Shown piece by piece: positions 46,074 through 53,954 of a stretch of DNA of 64,000 nucleotides. Under the pieces are notes generated by a model. That model did not search any database, had not been told where the DNA came from, and saw nothing but the letters and a program-made list of their open reading frames with translations. Both the position numbers and the translations under genes were made by a program. Position 1 is the first letter of the stretch. The number at the start of each line of letters is the position of its first letter. This DNA comes from Bacillota bacterium (lineage in GTDB: Bacteria > Bacillota > Clostridia > Peptostreptococcales > Anaerovoracaceae): NCBI GenBank assembly GCA_017436705.1, contig JAFSCP010000049.1:9629-73628 (forward strand), read 5' to 3'.

Positions 46074-47075
46074 ATGGCATTTTGTACTAATTGTGGAACC
46101 CAGCTTCCTGATGGAAGCAGATTTTGTTCAAACTGTGGCGCAACAATGGGCGCAGCACCGGCAGGCGGCGGAGCAACTATGGGCGGCGCACCGGCTCCGG
46201 GCACACAGGCCATTCCTCCGGGAATGATGCAGAAAGGAAATATTTTATTCAGCAAGGCAGACGTCATCGACTACGAAATTATCGGTGACGACATGCAGAT
46301 GGTAGAAATCGTACTTGATCCGGGCGAAAGCGTAATCGCAGAAGCCGGAGCAATGAACTATATGGAAGCGGCAATCAAGATGGAAACTGTTTTTGGCGAC
46401 GGAAGCGGTGCTGATGCAAACAAGGGCCTGGGAGGCAAGCTGCTGTCAGCAGGTAAGCGTGCCATGATCGGCGAAGGTCTTTTCATGACAGTTTTCCAGA
46501 ATATTGACCCGGCCAATCAGGCAAAGGTTGCCTTCGCGGCACCTTATCCGGGCAAGATTATCCCTGTTGACCTGGATACTTTTGACCAGACACTTATCTG
46601 CCAGAAGTCAGCTTTTCTCTGTGCAGCAAAGGGCGTAAACATCGACCTTTATCTGCAGAAGAAGCTGGGTGCAGGGCTTTTCGGCGGTGAAGGCTTCATC
46701 ATGCAGAGGCTTACCGGCGACGGTGTGGTTTTCCTCAATGCAGGGGGTACTATCATCAAAAAGCAGCTGGCTGAAGGCGAAATGATTAAGATTGACACCG
46801 GTTGTCTGGTGGCAATGAGTGAAACTGTAGACTACGATGTGGCCCTGCAGAACGATATCAAAAATGGCCTTTTAGGCGGCGAAGGGCTTTTCCTGGCAAC
46901 ACTCAGAGGTCCGGGAGAAGTGTGGCTTCAGTCACTGCCGTTTAACCGTATGGCTGATGAAATTATCAAGGCAACAAGAAACAAGAAAGAAGAAACAGGC
47001 GGCATAGTAAACAATCCGCTTAACGAAGTGACAGGAGGACTGAATAACGCTTTAGGCGGACTGTTCAAGTTCTAG
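46074..47075 (+). CDS. N-terminal zinc ribbon fused to an AIM24/TIGR00266 (DUF124) domain
   Basis: MAFCTNCGTQLPDGSRFCSNCG, then YEIIGDDMQMVEIVLDPGESVIAEAGAMNYME...GEGFIMQRLTGDGVVFLNAGG, typical of the AIM24/DUF124 beta-structure family. Confidence 0.8.
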   Translation: MAFCTNCGTQLPDGSRFCSNCGATMGAAPAGGGATMGGAPAPGTQAIPPGMMQKGNILFSKADVIDYEIIGDDMQMVEIVLDPGESVIAEAGAMNYMEAAIKMETVFGDGSGADANKGLGGKLLSAGKRAMIGEGLFMTVFQNIDPANQAKVAFAAPYPGKIIPVDLDTFDQTLICQKSAFLCAAKGVNIDLYLQKKLGAGLFGGEGFIMQRLTGDGVVFLNAGGTIIKKQLAEGEMIKIDTGCLVAMSETVDYDVALQNDIKNGLLGGEGLFLATLRGPGEVWLQSLPFNRMADEIIKATRNKKEETGGIVNNPLNEVTGGLNNALGGLFKF

Positions 47076-47099
47076 CCTGACGGAAGAAAGGAGGACACC

Positions 47100-48017
47100 A
47101 TGGCAAATTGTAAGAAATGCGGCGCTCCTCTCGAAGAGGGCAATAAATTCTGTATGACCTGCGGAGCTCCGGCCGATGAGGGAGCAGCTGAGCCTGCCCC
47201 TGCACAGTCACAGCCGGCATCTGCACAGCAGCCACAGCCGAAGACTGTATATGTGCAGCCGGACAATGCGCCCGGTCCGGACAGCAAATATGAGCCGATA
47301 ACAACAAAAGGTTACATAGGCATCGCGCTGCTCATGGCAATTCCTGTAGTCGGCATAATTCTGGCAATTATATGGGCCTGCGGAGGATGCCGGAAGATAA
47401 ACAAACGTAATTTTGCACGGGCCATGCTCATCATGATGGTAATAGCCCTGATTGTCAGCCTTATCATCGGTGCAATTGCCGGTTTTGCGGCAAAGAAAGC
47501 GGCTGAAGAAGCCGGACTCGAGGATGACGAGGTTTCAGGAATCCTCAGCAGCCTGTTTGGAAATGGCGGTTCCGGTGGTTCAACCGGCAATGAGGAACTG
47601 GATGAGCTGGCAGGTATTCTCAGCGGACTGGAGGCCCTCACAGGAGAAGAAAGCGGCTTTGATGACCTGCTTAACGAAGTGAGCGATATCAACGAAGAAG
47701 CTTCAAAAAAAGCCGACGGCTGGCCGAAGGAACTTCCGGACTATCCGGACGGAACCATGAACGCGGTGGAAACCTACCGTACTGAAATTACCGGGACATC
47801 CAGAGAAACCATGATGGATTACATAGGCACCCTTAAAAAGAAGGGATATGAGTATCAGGATTTCTATGATTTCGGCATGACAGAAGAAGACATGCTGGAT
47901 ATGGACGGCTGGTGGGGAACCAACGGCAAACTCTACCTGTCGTTCTCCTACTATGAAGGTACTGTAACTATAGACCATATGACCGAACTTCCGGATCTCA
48001 GCGGATTATTCGGATAA
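47100..48017 (+). CDS. N-terminal zinc ribbon, two TM segments and an extracytoplasmic DGWP-type module
   Basis: MANCKKCGAPLEEGNKFCMTCG. TM helices GYIGIALLMAIPVVGIILAIIW and MLIMMVIALIVSLIIGAIAGF. C-terminus DGWPKELPDYPDG...MMDYIGTLKKKGY. Confidence 0.8.
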   Translation: MANCKKCGAPLEEGNKFCMTCGAPADEGAAEPAPAQSQPASAQQPQPKTVYVQPDNAPGPDSKYEPITTKGYIGIALLMAIPVVGIILAIIWACGGCRKINKRNFARAMLIMMVIALIVSLIIGAIAGFAAKKAAEEAGLEDDEVSGILSSLFGNGGSGGSTGNEELDELAGILSGLEALTGEESGFDDLLNEVSDINEEASKKADGWPKELPDYPDGTMNAVETYRTEITGTSRETMMDYIGTLKKKGYEYQDFYDFGMTEEDMLDMDGWWGTNGKLYLSFSYYEGTVTIDHMTELPDLSGLFG

Positions 48018-48018
48018 T

Positions 48019-48046
48019 AAAAGAGTTCACGCGCGTGAACTCTTTA
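48019..48046. terminator. Hairpin between convergent genes (bidirectional terminator candidate)
   Basis: AAGAGTTCACG-cg-CGTGAACTCTT is a perfect 11-bp stem. The flanking T/A runs are weak. Confidence 0.55.
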
Positions 48047-48050
48047 TAAT

Positions 48051-48323
48051 TTAAACGAATCTTATTTCAAGTTTCTTACCCAGGCCTTCTGCAATTATAC
48101 TCAGTGTTTCCACCGTAGGGCTGCAGCTACCGTTTTCAATGCGGCTGATATTTGACTGGCGCATCCCTGTTTTTTCTGCAAGTTCCTGCTGAGTCATGTT
48201 CTTTTCAATCCGGGCTTTTATAATCTCACGCGCCACCTGATATTCACCCTCGCTCTTTTCATATAATTCTTTAAATTCCGGATCTTTCATCTGTTCTCTG
48301 ATGTATTTTGATAAGTCACTCAT
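48051..48323 (-). CDS. XRE-family HTH antitoxin (HigA-like)
   Basis: 90 aa. MTQQELAEKTGMRQSNISRIENG HTH. Its start overlaps the upstream toxin gene by 8 nt. Confidence 0.85.
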   Translation of the reverse strand: MSDLSKYIREQMKDPEFKELYEKSEGEYQVAREIIKARIEKNMTQQELAEKTGMRQSNISRIENGSCSPTVETLSIIAEGLGKKLEIRFV

Positions 48324-48672
48324 GGCTCATTCTCCTTTCATAGTCCGCTTTATACTGCTTCGCCCTTTCCAATTCACGTGCTGGCAGTTTCTGGCTCTTT
48401 TTAATAAACCCGTTTGTCACTATTATTTTTTCATCAATCCAGAAAAAATAAAAAATTCTGCTTATATCGCTTGCAAATCTGATGCGCAGCTCAAATATTC
48501 CATCTTCTATGTATTTAGTGTCTGGTTCAGTGAGATTTAGTCCGAATTCTTCAAGCAGTTGGAGGCTTCGCAAAGCTTTAATACGATGTTTCTTAGGAAG
48601 CATATCAAGGAACTCGTGTACAGGCACCTTTCCATTTTCTCTTTTATAAAATATTATCTCTTTGTTTTTCAT
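48316..48672 (-). CDS. Type II toxin, RelE/ParE superfamily, Gp49/HigB-like
   Basis: 118 aa. IIFYKRENGKVPVHEFLD...IFELRIRF...RIFYFFWIDEKIIVTNGFIKKSQKLP is the phage Gp49-like pattern. The toxin-first gene order is HigBA-like. Confidence 0.8.
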   Translation of the reverse strand: MKNKEIIFYKRENGKVPVHEFLDMLPKKHRIKALRSLQLLEEFGLNLTEPDTKYIEDGIFELRIRFASDISRIFYFFWIDEKIIVTNGFIKKSQKLPARELERAKQYKADYERRMSHE

Positions 48673-48791
48673 ATTTTATTCCTTTTTTGATATATTGTCA
48701 ATAACTACTTCCCTTATAGTATATTGCATGCAGACTTCTCCAAGTTCAGAAATCGTTCGTCTTTTTATGACTTATTTTGAGTTTTTTCTAC

Positions 48792-48822
48792 AAAAAAGAG
48801 CTCATGCCCATGCATGAACTCT
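48792..48822 (-). terminator. Intrinsic terminator
   Basis: Minus strand reads AGAGTTCATGC-atgg-GCATGAGCTCT (one G-U pair) followed by TTTTTT. Confidence 0.6.
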
Positions 48823-48840
48823 TTGGTTATTATGTAATGA

Positions 48841-49266
48841 TTATGCGACAAACTCGTCGCTGATTTCAATTGTGTGATTTCCTTTTTTCATAATCAGCGT
48901 CAGTCTATATGTTTCGCCTTCAATCAGCGGGTTTTTGGCTGCGGTGGTATTTGCCCACTTTATTAAAGGTCGATTTGGTACACCAACATCCAGAAAAAGA
49001 AATCCTTCATCATAGATTGCCGGCACTCGTTCCCATTTACCGTCATCTGTCAGTATGTGCAGCCTTGTCGTATCCGGATTCCACGCTGCAGATTTGTTTG
49101 ACGGCCATGCGGAAAAATTGATTACCTCATACTCTATTGTACCATCTTCCGAAGTTCCTGTAATATTGACATCGATCAAAAGCTGCGGTGCAATCAGGTT
49201 TATCACGGTCCATATCAACACCAGCAATATAATTGAAATGAATATTTTACTTTTCAGAATCCTCAT
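48841..49266 (-). CDS. Hypothetical N-terminally anchored protein (probably a beta-rich ectodomain)
   Basis: 141 aa with signal/anchor MRILKSKIFISIILLVLIWTVINLIA. I recognise no family. Confidence 0.6.
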   Translation of the reverse strand: MRILKSKIFISIILLVLIWTVINLIAPQLLIDVNITGTSEDGTIEYEVINFSAWPSNKSAAWNPDTTRLHILTDDGKWERVPAIYDEGFLFLDVGVPNRPLIKWANTTAAKNPLIEGETYRLTLIMKKGNHTIEISDEFVA

Positions 49267-49717
49267 ATCCTTCCTCCTTCAGCTCTTTATTCAGCCTGAA
49301 TGCCCGGATGACGGCTATAATCCCGCACGTTACTGCAATTGCCAGCGGCACGAAAAATGTCAGTAAAAATAACATGTCCGTTCCTTCCACAATGTTGTCC
49401 ATTGAAAGACCTGCCAGAACATCGGACAATGCCTTCAGTCCACGATGATCAAAAAGATTCAGCAGATATATACCATTCACTGCCGCCGCTATTACAAAAA
49501 GATACATTGTGCTTTTCGGGCCTTTATTTATATACTTTTCTTCAATCCCCACAAAAAGACCCAGTGTTATGATTACAAGACGATACACATCACGTATTTC
49601 ATAATATCCGGCATACGCATTCGGAGCATATTTTATCAGTTGCAGATGCCATATTATCAGCGCAGCAGCGATTACATCAGCTATTGCTATTATCAGGTAC
49701 AATTTTTTATCTTTCAC
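49247..49717 (-). CDS. Hypothetical polytopic membrane protein
   Basis: ~156 aa with 4-5 hydrophobic helices. Probable GTG start (VKDKKLY) 8 nt after AAGGGGG. It overlaps the next gene by 20 nt. Confidence 0.55.
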   Translation of the reverse strand: MKDKKLYLIIAIADVIAAALIIWHLQLIKYAPNAYAGYYEIRDVYRLVIITLGLFVGIEEKYINKGPKSTMYLFVIAAAVNGIYLLNLFDHRGLKALSDVLAGLSMDNIVEGTDMLFLLTFFVPLAIAVTCGIIAVIRAFRLNKELKEEGYEDSEK

Positions 49718-49833
49718 TGAAAGCACCCCCTTTGTTTCCCTGAAACAATTATACCATACAATAATTTCCATGAAAAGAAAAACCGGCCGTCCCGGGGAAA
49801 TTTCCCGGAGCAGCCGTCAGATGTCTTAATATA

Positions 49834-50364
49834 CTATTTTACTTCATCCGGTATGTAGGCGAACCAGCGCTTTGCCGGAGTTTTGCAGAGTGCTGCCGCC
49901 AGTGCGGATGCCAGAACCATGCCCACTGCAAACTGGCCGATATTTGCCGGAACGCCAATCATCCCTGCTGCCATGTTGCCCGCCAGCACCCCATCAACGA
50001 TGCAGTAACCCGCCACCATAACAAGGCCCGCCAGTACCATGCCGATGACCGTTCTGAAAGGGCCTTTCGCCTTTGCGATGAATGTCGCCATGACGAAGGC
50101 CATGAGACCTTTGATGAGAAGTGTCCACGGTGCATAGATTGCGTATCCTGCCAGCACATCAGCCAGAGCTGAACCTATACCAGCCGCGATACAGCCGTTT
50201 CTGCGGCCGAGAACCAGAACCCCTAAAAAAATCATTGTATCGCCCAGATGCACGTACCCCTGCGTCATCGGAACCGGAATTCTGAAAGTCGATGTGGCCA
50301 GCACTACAAGCCCCATAATAAGTGCTGTCATTACCATGTCAAAAATTTTGTTCTTTTTTTCCAT
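49834..50364 (-). CDS. ECF transporter S (substrate-capture) component, possibly vitamin-B6-related
   Basis: 176 aa with 5-6 TM segments. FRIPVPMTQGYVHLGDTMIFLGVLVLG is typical of ECF S components. A MocR/PdxR-like regulator lies divergently next to it. Confidence 0.7.
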   Translation of the reverse strand: MEKKNKIFDMVMTALIMGLVVLATSTFRIPVPMTQGYVHLGDTMIFLGVLVLGRRNGCIAAGIGSALADVLAGYAIYAPWTLLIKGLMAFVMATFIAKAKGPFRTVIGMVLAGLVMVAGYCIVDGVLAGNMAAGMIGVPANIGQFAVGMVLASALAAALCKTPAKRWFAYIPDEVK

Positions 50365-50483
50365 TTATATAAATACCTCCGTTGCCAAATGTTTTAACAG
50401 GTATTATAATACTACCAAAGTGTTATTATTAAAATATGCAATAATAAATATTTTATCATATACAGTTTGGAGGATTCGTCAAA

Positions 50484-51872
50484 ATGAAACCTATAATTCT
50501 TGATTTAAGTAACAGTGACAAGGAATTTTTGTATATACAGTTATATGAAGCAATCAAGGCAGACATTCTCAGCGGCGTTATGGCTGCCGGAGAAAAACTT
50601 CCGTCTCTGCGCAGCCTTTCCAGAGAGCTGGGCATAAGCGTGACAACCACCGGCCAGGCCTATGACCAGCTTCTGGTGGAAGGATATATAACCAGCAGAC
50701 CTCAGTCCGGGTATTATGTAGCAGACATCGGAACGGATGCGGGTGCAGGTGCCGGAAACAAACCTGCTGCTGCCGATACCCTCAGCGACTACACTTTTGA
50801 GGAACCGCCGTATCTTTATGACCTTAACTGTTTTGACTTCGCCAAGTGGAAAAAATGTGCGGCCAGAGTTTTTAATGATTACTCCCAGCTGCTGCTTTTT
50901 GAGAGCGACCCCCAGGGAGAGCCGGCCCTGCGCTATGAAATTTCCAGGTACATTTACCGTTCCCGTGGAGTAAACGCCAGTCCGGATAATATCGTAATCG
51001 GTGCCGGAACCCAGCAGATTACAAGCCACCTTTCCAGAATTCTGGTCAAAATGGGTATAAATCACGTATCACTTGAAGCTCCGGGTTACCTGCCTGTACA
51101 GAGCATGTTCCGCGATGCAGGATTCACCGTGTCCCACATTCCTGTGGCCAGTGACGGTATCGACATAGGACGCCTGCCGACAAATATTGCTTCTGCAGTT
51201 TATGTGAGCCCGTCCAACCAGTTCCCTACAGGAGCAGTAATGCCTGTAGGCCGCCGTTATCAGCTTCTGGACTGGGCAGACCGCAACGGCAGCATAATAA
51301 TAGAAGACGATTACGACAGCGAGCTGAGATATTTCGGCAAGCCTGTTCCTGCCATGCAGGGACTTGATAAAAAAAGCCGGGTAGTATATCTGGGCTCTTT
51401 CTCCTCCACACTCTTTCCGGCCGTAAAAATTTCGTATATGGTTCTGCCTGATGAGATGGCAGAGATTTTCCGCAGTATAAAAAGCCAGTATACCCAGACC
51501 TGTTCCAAGTCCGAGCAGCTGACCCTTGCATTTTTTATGGAAGACGGCCACTATTACACCGGCATACGTAAGATGCGCAGCTTATATGCGCAGAAACTGC
51601 AGGCTGCAGTTGCCGCATTCGGAAAGTATAGCAACGGCCGTGTCCGGACTGTGGATACTCAGTCCGGCATTAACCTGACGCTGAAAGTAAGATCACGCCG
51701 AAAAGCAGAAGAACTCTGTGCCTGCGCCCGCGCTCTGGGCCTTCACATGGTACCGCTGTCTGAAATCACAGACCAGGAAACCAGTGCCCTGATTTTTTAC
51801 TACAATCAGGTGCCGCTGGAAAAAATAGACGACCTGATAAAACAGGTCGCCGCAGATTGGATTGATGATTAA
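50484..51872 (+). CDS. MocR/GabR/PdxR-type regulator (GntR HTH fused to an aminotransferase class-I fold)
   Basis: N-terminal winged HTH (LPSLRSLSRELGISVTTTGQAYDQL), then an aminotransferase-like domain with SFSSTLFP (the PLP-Lys-region equivalent). Confidence 0.85.
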   Translation: MKPIILDLSNSDKEFLYIQLYEAIKADILSGVMAAGEKLPSLRSLSRELGISVTTTGQAYDQLLVEGYITSRPQSGYYVADIGTDAGAGAGNKPAAADTLSDYTFEEPPYLYDLNCFDFAKWKKCAARVFNDYSQLLLFESDPQGEPALRYEISRYIYRSRGVNASPDNIVIGAGTQQITSHLSRILVKMGINHVSLEAPGYLPVQSMFRDAGFTVSHIPVASDGIDIGRLPTNIASAVYVSPSNQFPTGAVMPVGRRYQLLDWADRNGSIIIEDDYDSELRYFGKPVPAMQGLDKKSRVVYLGSFSSTLFPAVKISYMVLPDEMAEIFRSIKSQYTQTCSKSEQLTLAFFMEDGHYYTGIRKMRSLYAQKLQAAVAAFGKYSNGRVRTVDTQSGINLTLKVRSRRKAEELCACARALGLHMVPLSEITDQETSALIFYYNQVPLEKIDDLIKQVAADWIDD

Positions 51873-51873
51873 A

Positions 51874-53010
51874 TTATCTGTTTAACTGAAAGCCTGTTTC
51901 CGTGCTGGTCATTTCAACATTTCCGTCTGTACCGACAAAAATCGCCTCAAAACCGTCCATGCTGCTGACAAGCTCCAGCCCCTTTTCCATGCCAAGTGCC
52001 AGACAGGTTGTGCTCAGACCGTCACAGTCAGCTGAGTTTCCGCGTTCGGAAATTATCGTCACAGAAAGCACGTCGGTTTCAGCAGGATAGCCGGTTTTCG
52101 GGTCGAGAATGTGATGATATTTCACTCCGTCCTGCTGAAAATAGCGTTCGTAAGTCCCGGAAGTTACCACGGTTTTGTCGCTGCATGGCATAAGGCCAAG
52201 GAGATTACCTGTCTTTGATGAAGGGTCAGTGATACCGATATTGAAAGGCGTTGTCAGTTCAGGAGATGTACCGTCTTCGCAGATAAGGTCCCGTGACTTG
52301 GACCCGATTACAACGATATTACCGCCCAGGTCCACTACGCCGCTGGTTACACCGCGTTCTTCAAGATAAGAAGCTACTTTATCAGCAATGTAGCCTTTGG
52401 CGATTCCACCCAGGTTGATTTCCGTGTCCGGATCTGTCAGTTTCACCATGTTGTCGTCCACTTTTACATTCCTGTAATTTACGTGGCTCACAGCCTCATT
52501 TAAAGCCTCCTGGGACGGAATCTTTCCGCCTTCATGACCTGTTTCCACATTGTCGTGAAAGTCCCAGAGGTCCGTTGCCTTGCCGATTGTGATATCGAAA
52601 GCGCCTCCGGAAATATCCCCGTAAAACAGGCCCTTTTCAACGATTTCAGCCGCCTCATCGCTTACCTCGGTCGCTTCTCCGCCGGCAGCATTTATGCGGG
52701 ATATGTCGCTGGTTTCAATGGTCTTGCTGAGAACCTTTTCGTAGTCACTGCATACCAGAAAGGCGTCTGTAATAACCCTGAGGAAATGCAGCTCCAGATC
52801 ATCATCGCTGAGCTTGGCCAGGCTGCCGTCCGGATCAGACATGCCGTAAATTGTGATGCCGCAGACAGTATCCAGATAAAAACCGGTCTTGCCTACACCG
52901 GAATTGGTGTTGGTATTTTGCCCATTGGATGAACAGGCCATTTGTGGTATAATTAATGTTACGATTAAAGCGAGGGCCAGAAGAGCCTTTTTCGCAGAAA
53001 AATTTTTCAT
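51874..53010 (-). CDS. apbE: FAD:protein FMN transferase (ApbE), lipoprotein
   Basis: MKNFSAKKALLALALIVTLIIPQMAC lipobox. Motifs GGIAKGY, HHILDPKTGYP and DGLSTT. Confidence 0.85.
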   Translation of the reverse strand: MKNFSAKKALLALALIVTLIIPQMACSSNGQNTNTNSGVGKTGFYLDTVCGITIYGMSDPDGSLAKLSDDDLELHFLRVITDAFLVCSDYEKVLSKTIETSDISRINAAGGEATEVSDEAAEIVEKGLFYGDISGGAFDITIGKATDLWDFHDNVETGHEGGKIPSQEALNEAVSHVNYRNVKVDDNMVKLTDPDTEINLGGIAKGYIADKVASYLEERGVTSGVVDLGGNIVVIGSKSRDLICEDGTSPELTTPFNIGITDPSSKTGNLLGLMPCSDKTVVTSGTYERYFQQDGVKYHHILDPKTGYPAETDVLSVTIISERGNSADCDGLSTTCLALGMEKGLELVSSMDGFEAIFVGTDGNVEMTSTETGFQLNR

Positions 53011-53039
53011 TGGTATATAACCTTTCTTAAGGAGATTTT

Positions 53040-53408
53040 ATGATAAAAAAAGCCGATATTGTTTTATTCATATTGATTGTGGTCTTCGGTGGACTGGTGT
53101 CCTGGTGGTCCGTTTCCGGCAGCATTACCGGAGAAAAGGTCCTCATCACTTCAGATGGCAAAGATTACGGAATCTACACCCTGGCGCAGGACCAGATTAT
53201 CGACGTTACCATTGACGGCCACACTAATCATATTACCATAAAAGACGGTGCAGTTTCAATGACTTATTCAACCTGCAAGAATCAGGTTTGTGTCAACACC
53301 GGTGCTATTTCCCAGACTAAAGATGCTATCGTCTGCCTGCCCAATAAAATCGTAGTGGAGATTGTGGGCAGCGGCAAAGGAGGTGACGCTGATGTTATCT
53401 CAGGCTAG
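53040..53408 (+). CDS. NusG domain II-containing membrane-anchored protein
   Basis: 122 aa with one N-terminal TM segment. ITIKDGAVSMTYSTCKNQVCV...IVCLPNKIVVEI pattern. Confidence 0.7.
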   Translation: MIKKADIVLFILIVVFGGLVSWWSVSGSITGEKVLITSDGKDYGIYTLAQDQIIDVTIDGHTNHITIKDGAVSMTYSTCKNQVCVNTGAISQTKDAIVCLPNKIVVEIVGSGKGGDADVISG

Positions 53409-53925
53409 CGGAAGACACGGCGGCAGAACAGAACGCACACGCAGACTGGCCTTCGGCGCCATGTTCGCTGCACTTGCCCTTATCTTCTCTTATGTGGAAG
53501 TTCTCATACCGGTACCCGTACCAATTCCGGGAGTCAAGCTGGGTATTGCCAACCTGGTCATCATCATCGCCCTTTACCGCATGGGATTCAGATACGCTTT
53601 TACCATCAACTGCGTGAGAATAGTCATAGCCGGACTGCTTTTCAGCGGAGTTTTCGGCATGATATATTCATTTGCAGGCGGCATACTCAGTATACTGGTC
53701 ATGTACGGACTTTACCGGACAAAACTTTTCAGCATGGTGGGCGTAAGCATGGCCGGCGGTGTTGCTCACAATCTGGGTCAGCTTGCCACAGCATGTCTTA
53801 TCGTATCAAATATAAAACTTATGAGCTATTTCGCAATACTGCTTTTCAGCGGGCTCATCAGCGGAATTCTCATCGGAGTTCTGGCATACATCATCGAAAA
53901 AAGGCTTCCTGCCGAAGTACGCTAG
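53392..53925 (+). CDS. Gx transporter family protein (heptaprenyl-diphosphate-synthase-component-I-like membrane protein)
   Basis: The start MLSQASG follows AAAGGAGG. A polytopic protein with IPGVKLGIANLVIIIAL and HNLGQL motifs as I recall for this family. Confidence 0.7.
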   Translation: MLSQASGRHGGRTERTRRLAFGAMFAALALIFSYVEVLIPVPVPIPGVKLGIANLVIIIALYRMGFRYAFTINCVRIVIAGLLFSGVFGMIYSFAGGILSILVMYGLYRTKLFSMVGVSMAGGVAHNLGQLATACLIVSNIKLMSYFAILLFSGLISGILIGVLAYIIEKRLPAEVR

Positions 53926-53954
53926 AGCTGCCCTGCATTAAACGGAGGAAAACC

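Noticed and set aside
37711-48017. Diversity-generating retroelement or invertible-promoter (shufflon) control of the variable lipoprotein array
   Set aside because: No reverse transcriptase, template/variable repeat pair, site-specific recombinase or flanking inverted repeats around a promoter were found in the window. Only the G7 tract and the shared leader cassettes were seen.
50365-50483. TTATTATT-N9-AATAATAA inverted repeat between the ECF S-component and the MocR/PdxR-like gene as an operator
   Set aside because: The region is extremely AT-rich, so an 8-bp A/T-only inverted repeat is expected by chance. MocR-type sites are usually direct repeats containing G/C positions. The evidence is insufficient.
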